From the NCBI GenBank assembly GCA_964482235.1, contig CAYZWU010000028.1, forward strand, positions 6,645 to 70,644: a DNA stretch of 64,000 nt. Direction: 5' to 3'. Origin of the DNA: an uncultured Phycisphaerales bacterium (lineage in GTDB: Bacteria > Planctomycetota > B15-G4 > CAYZWU01). Positions 61,503-64,000 of this stretch are shown here, piece by piece. Numbering within the stretch: the first letter of the stretch is position 1; each line of letters opens with the position of its first letter. Made by a program: the position numbers and the translations under genes. The notes below the pieces were generated by a model, which worked only from the letters and a program-made list of their open reading frames with translations, did no database searches and was not told the origin of the DNA.

Positions 61503-64000
61503 TTGAGCAGCTGGCGCAAATGGCTGAGCAGGCTGCTTTCGAGAAACCGGGAGCAGGACAAACTCGATGCGGCCCGGCTTCGCCTCGACTTCAAGGCGCG
61601 TTACCAGAGTTTCAAGCTTCTCCTCAGCGCCAACCACAGGTCCCTCGAGCTCATGGCCGAGATCGAGCGCGTGTTATCGGGAATCCGGCCTTTCGGCATG
61701 ACCTTCGTCCGGTCGCGCTGTACGCGGATTTCCACCCTGGTTTTTCAGATCGTCAAGCATCTCGATGGGCTGGCCCCGGGCCGGTATGCGGAGCTATTCG
61801 AGAAATTCGAATCGATCCACGATGAAATCAAATCCCACCTGCAGATCCGGAAAGATGTTGTTGAAGGGCCCCTGACCGTCCCTCTCGAGGAGATCGACAG
61901 GGATATGACCGATGGTGTGGGCCAAAAGATGGCGAGCCTGGCCGAAGTCAAGAACCGCTTCGACGTGAAAGTGCCCGGCGGTTTCGTGATAACGGCGACC
62001 GCCTACCATCGCTTCATGGAGCACGGCGGGCTGCAAATGGAGATCAATCGGCGTCTCCAGGCGGCGGATGTTTCGAAAAGGGATGAGCTGTTCGATCTGA
62101 GCGCGGGGATTCAGCGTCTGATTATCGCGTCGGAGATTCCCATTGAACTTGAGCGCGAGATCGAGGCGCAGGTGGCCTGTCTCGATGCGGCCGGGGAATC
62201 GGGAGGCGGACCACTCTCCGTGGCCATGCGCAGCAGCGCACTGGGCGAGGACCGCGCGGGCGTTTCCTTTGCCGGTCAGTACAGGACGCTGCTCAACGTG
62301 GGCAGGGAGAACGTCCTCCATGCCTACAAGGAGATCGTGGCAGGAAAATACGGCCTCGCCGCCATGACGTACCGGCTGAACCGGGGCATTGTGGATGAAG
62401 AGGCGGCCATGTGCGTCGGCTGTCTTCAAATGATCGATGTCCTCTCGGGCGGCGTGATGTATTCCCGGAATCCGATCGACATCCGTAACGAGTCGATTCT
62501 GATCAATTCGGTCTGGGGGCTCCCCAAGCCGGTCGTGGACGGTCGGATCGAGGCGGACCTTTTCGTGCTCGATCGCAACGATCCCCCCGACATCACGGTC
62601 AGGGAAATCGCCATCAAGGAATACAAGTTCGTATCTTTCCTTGAGGAGGGTGTCGGCCGGATGGTCGTTACGGGCGAGGAGCGGAACCTTCCTTCGCTCA
62701 CAGACGAGCAGGCAAGGGAACTTGCGCGCATGGGCATGAAGCTCGAGGCGTACTACGGCACCCCGCAAGATATTGAATGGGCTATCGCCCGTGGCGGCGA
62801 GATCGTGCTTCTGCAGTGCCGGCCGCTGCACGCGCAGGTGACGGATCCGGAAATCGAAGGGGATTCGGGGAATGGTGGAGATCTAGAAAACGGCCTGGTT
62901 TCGGGAAGCGACCGAGATTCACGGACCACCAGGAAATGGCAGGTAGGCGAGCCGCCCGGACCCGTCCGGCTTCGAGGTGGTGTCACGGCAAGTCCCGGGG
63001 CCGCGGCCGGGCCCGTTTTCAAAGTCGAGAAGAGCGCGGACAGCCTTCGGTTTCCACAGGGCGCCGTGCTGGTGACGACCCAGTCGCTGCCGGCGTGGGC
63101 CTCGCTCGTCGGAAACGCGGTTGCCGTGGTCAGCGAGGTCGGCGGGGTTACAGGCCATCTGGCCAGTGTGGCACGCGAGTTCGGCATCCCGGCGCTCTTC
63201 GGCGCCCGGGGAGCGATGAAACGGCTCGTCAACGGCGAGATCGTCACCGTCGATGCCGACGGAATGCATGTTTTCGACGGCCGCATCGAGGCGCTCGTCG
63301 ACGAGGAACGACAGCCCCGGAATCTCATGGAAGGGAGTGCCGTGTTCGAAACGTTGAAGTCCGTGGCGCAATGCATAACTCCGCTGAACCTTCTCGATCC
63401 CGATGCGCCCGGATTCAGGCCCTTCGGTTGCGGAACGCTTCACGATATCACGCGCTTCTGCCATGAAAAGGCAGTGGCAGAGATGTTCCGTTTCGGCAAG
63501 GACCACCGTTTTCCGGAGCGCTCGAGCAAGCAGCTGTACTGCGATGCGCCCATGCAGTGGTGGGTCCTCAACCTCGATGACGGATTCACCGAAGAAGTCG
63601 AGGGCAGGTATGTCGGGCTGGACAATATCGTGTCCATCCCCATGCTCGCCATCTGGGAAGGTGTTGCCGCCATCCCCTGGGAGGGCCCACCGCCCATTGA
63701 CAGGAAGGGGCTCATGTCGGTCATGTTCGAAGCCACGAGAAATACGGCACTCACCCCCGGTCTTCGTACGCGGTACGCCAACCGGAACTACTTCATGATC
63801 TCCAGGAACTATTGCAGCTTGAGTTCGCGGTTGGGATTCCACTTTTCAACGATCGAAACACTGGTGAGCGACCGCCCGCGGGAAAACTATATCAGCTTCC
63901 AGTTCAAAGGCGGTGCCGCGGACTTCGATCGCCGCCTGAAAAGGGTACGTTTTGTCGGGGACATTCTCGAGAACTACGGTTTCCGCGTTGAAGTCAAGGA
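61503..64000 (+). CDS. PEP synthase/pyruvate-water-dikinase-like protein (ATP-grasp + phospho-His domain + uncharacterised C-terminal domain), 3'-truncated; absent from the ORF track
   Basis: GAGGTG RBS then TTG 61503. Manual translation gives GQKMASLAE..VPGGFVIT, MRSSALGED..SFAGQY, PQDIEW, GGVTGHLASVAREFGIP (His at 63156-63158), then ITPLNLLDP..LHDITRFCHEKAV..FKGGAAD. Confidence 0.88.
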   Translation, partial: MSSWRKWLSRLLSRNREQDKLDAARLRLDFKARYQSFKLLLSANHRSLELMAEIERVLSGIRPFGMTFVRSRCTRISTLVFQIVKHLDGLAPGRYAELFEKFESIHDEIKSHLQIRKDVVEGPLTVPLEEIDRDMTDGVGQKMASLAEVKNRFDVKVPGGFVITATAYHRFMEHGGLQMEINRRLQAADVSKRDELFDLSAGIQRLIIASEIPIELEREIEAQVACLDAAGESGGGPLSVAMRSSALGEDRAGVSFAGQYRTLLNVGRENVLHAYKEIVAGKYGLAAMTYRLNRGIVDEEAAMCVGCLQMIDVLSGGVMYSRNPIDIRNESILINSVWGLPKPVVDGRIEADLFVLDRNDPPDITVREIAIKEYKFVSFLEEGVGRMVVTGEERNLPSLTDEQARELARMGMKLEAYYGTPQDIEWAIARGGEIVLLQCRPLHAQVTDPEIEGDSGNGGDLENGLVSGSDRDSRTTRKWQVGEPPGPVRLRGGVTASPGAAAGPVFKVEKSADSLRFPQGAVLVTTQSLPAWASLVGNAVAVVSEVGGVTGHLASVAREFGIPALFGARGAMKRLVNGEIVTVDADGMHVFDGRIEALVDEERQPRNLMEGSAVFETLKSVAQCITPLNLLDPDAPGFRPFGCGTLHDITRFCHEKAVAEMFRFGKDHRFPERSSKQLYCDAPMQWWVLNLDDGFTEEVEGRYVGLDNIVSIPMLAIWEGVAAIPWEGPPPIDRKGLMSVMFEATRNTALTPGLRTRYANRNYFMISRNYCSLSSRLGFHFSTIETLVSDRPRENYISFQFKGGAADFDRRLKRVRFVGDILENYGFRVEVK

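Larger units (their letters stand above)
50628..64000 (+). other. Putative horizontally acquired, lower-GC regulatory/transport island (right end outside the window)
   Basis: A 776-bp AT-rich gap is followed by co-oriented genes. Spot GC counts were 29/60 (line 53701) and 32/60 (line 54001) versus 41/60 in polA (line 37021). No integrase or att site is visible. Confidence 0.6.

Overview
This is a GC-rich bacterial chromosomal window (spot counts about 65-68% in core genes). The host is probably an uncultured Planctomycetota/PVC organism; this is inferred from a single-chain double UvrA, an ECF sigma/Ser-Thr kinase pair and several small proteins I recall as planctomycete-type. Positions 1-50.6 kb are mostly housekeeping: xpb (partial), double uvrA, argS, dacB, galE, purC/purE, mtnA, asnS, polA, a dihydroorotase-like gene, comF, gatCAB and guaAB. 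Interspersed are accessory genes: an ECF-STK-secreted propeller cassette, a GH106-like hydrolase, a B12 radical SAM enzyme, an NhaC-family antiporter, a duplicated TPR/CPHC protein and a multi-domain retropepsin. From about 51.4 kb to the right edge lies a lower-GC, single-orientation module of Desulfobacterota-like character. It encodes a PAS(CX8CX3C) sigma54 activator with an atypical Walker B, a NifB/NifX(MTH1175)-like protein, two membrane histidine kinases, five output-less receiver domains, an internal sigma54 promoter, a TauE/SafE (TSUP) transporter with a coupled membrane partner, and a truncated PEP-synthase-like dikinase whose C-terminal domain is of unknown function. This module is the best candidate for an uncharacterised system. 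No tRNA, rRNA, CRISPR array, integrase or transposase was recognised. Many start codons were re-assigned by eye from RBS and overlap evidence; family calls come from motif recognition and memory, not database searches.
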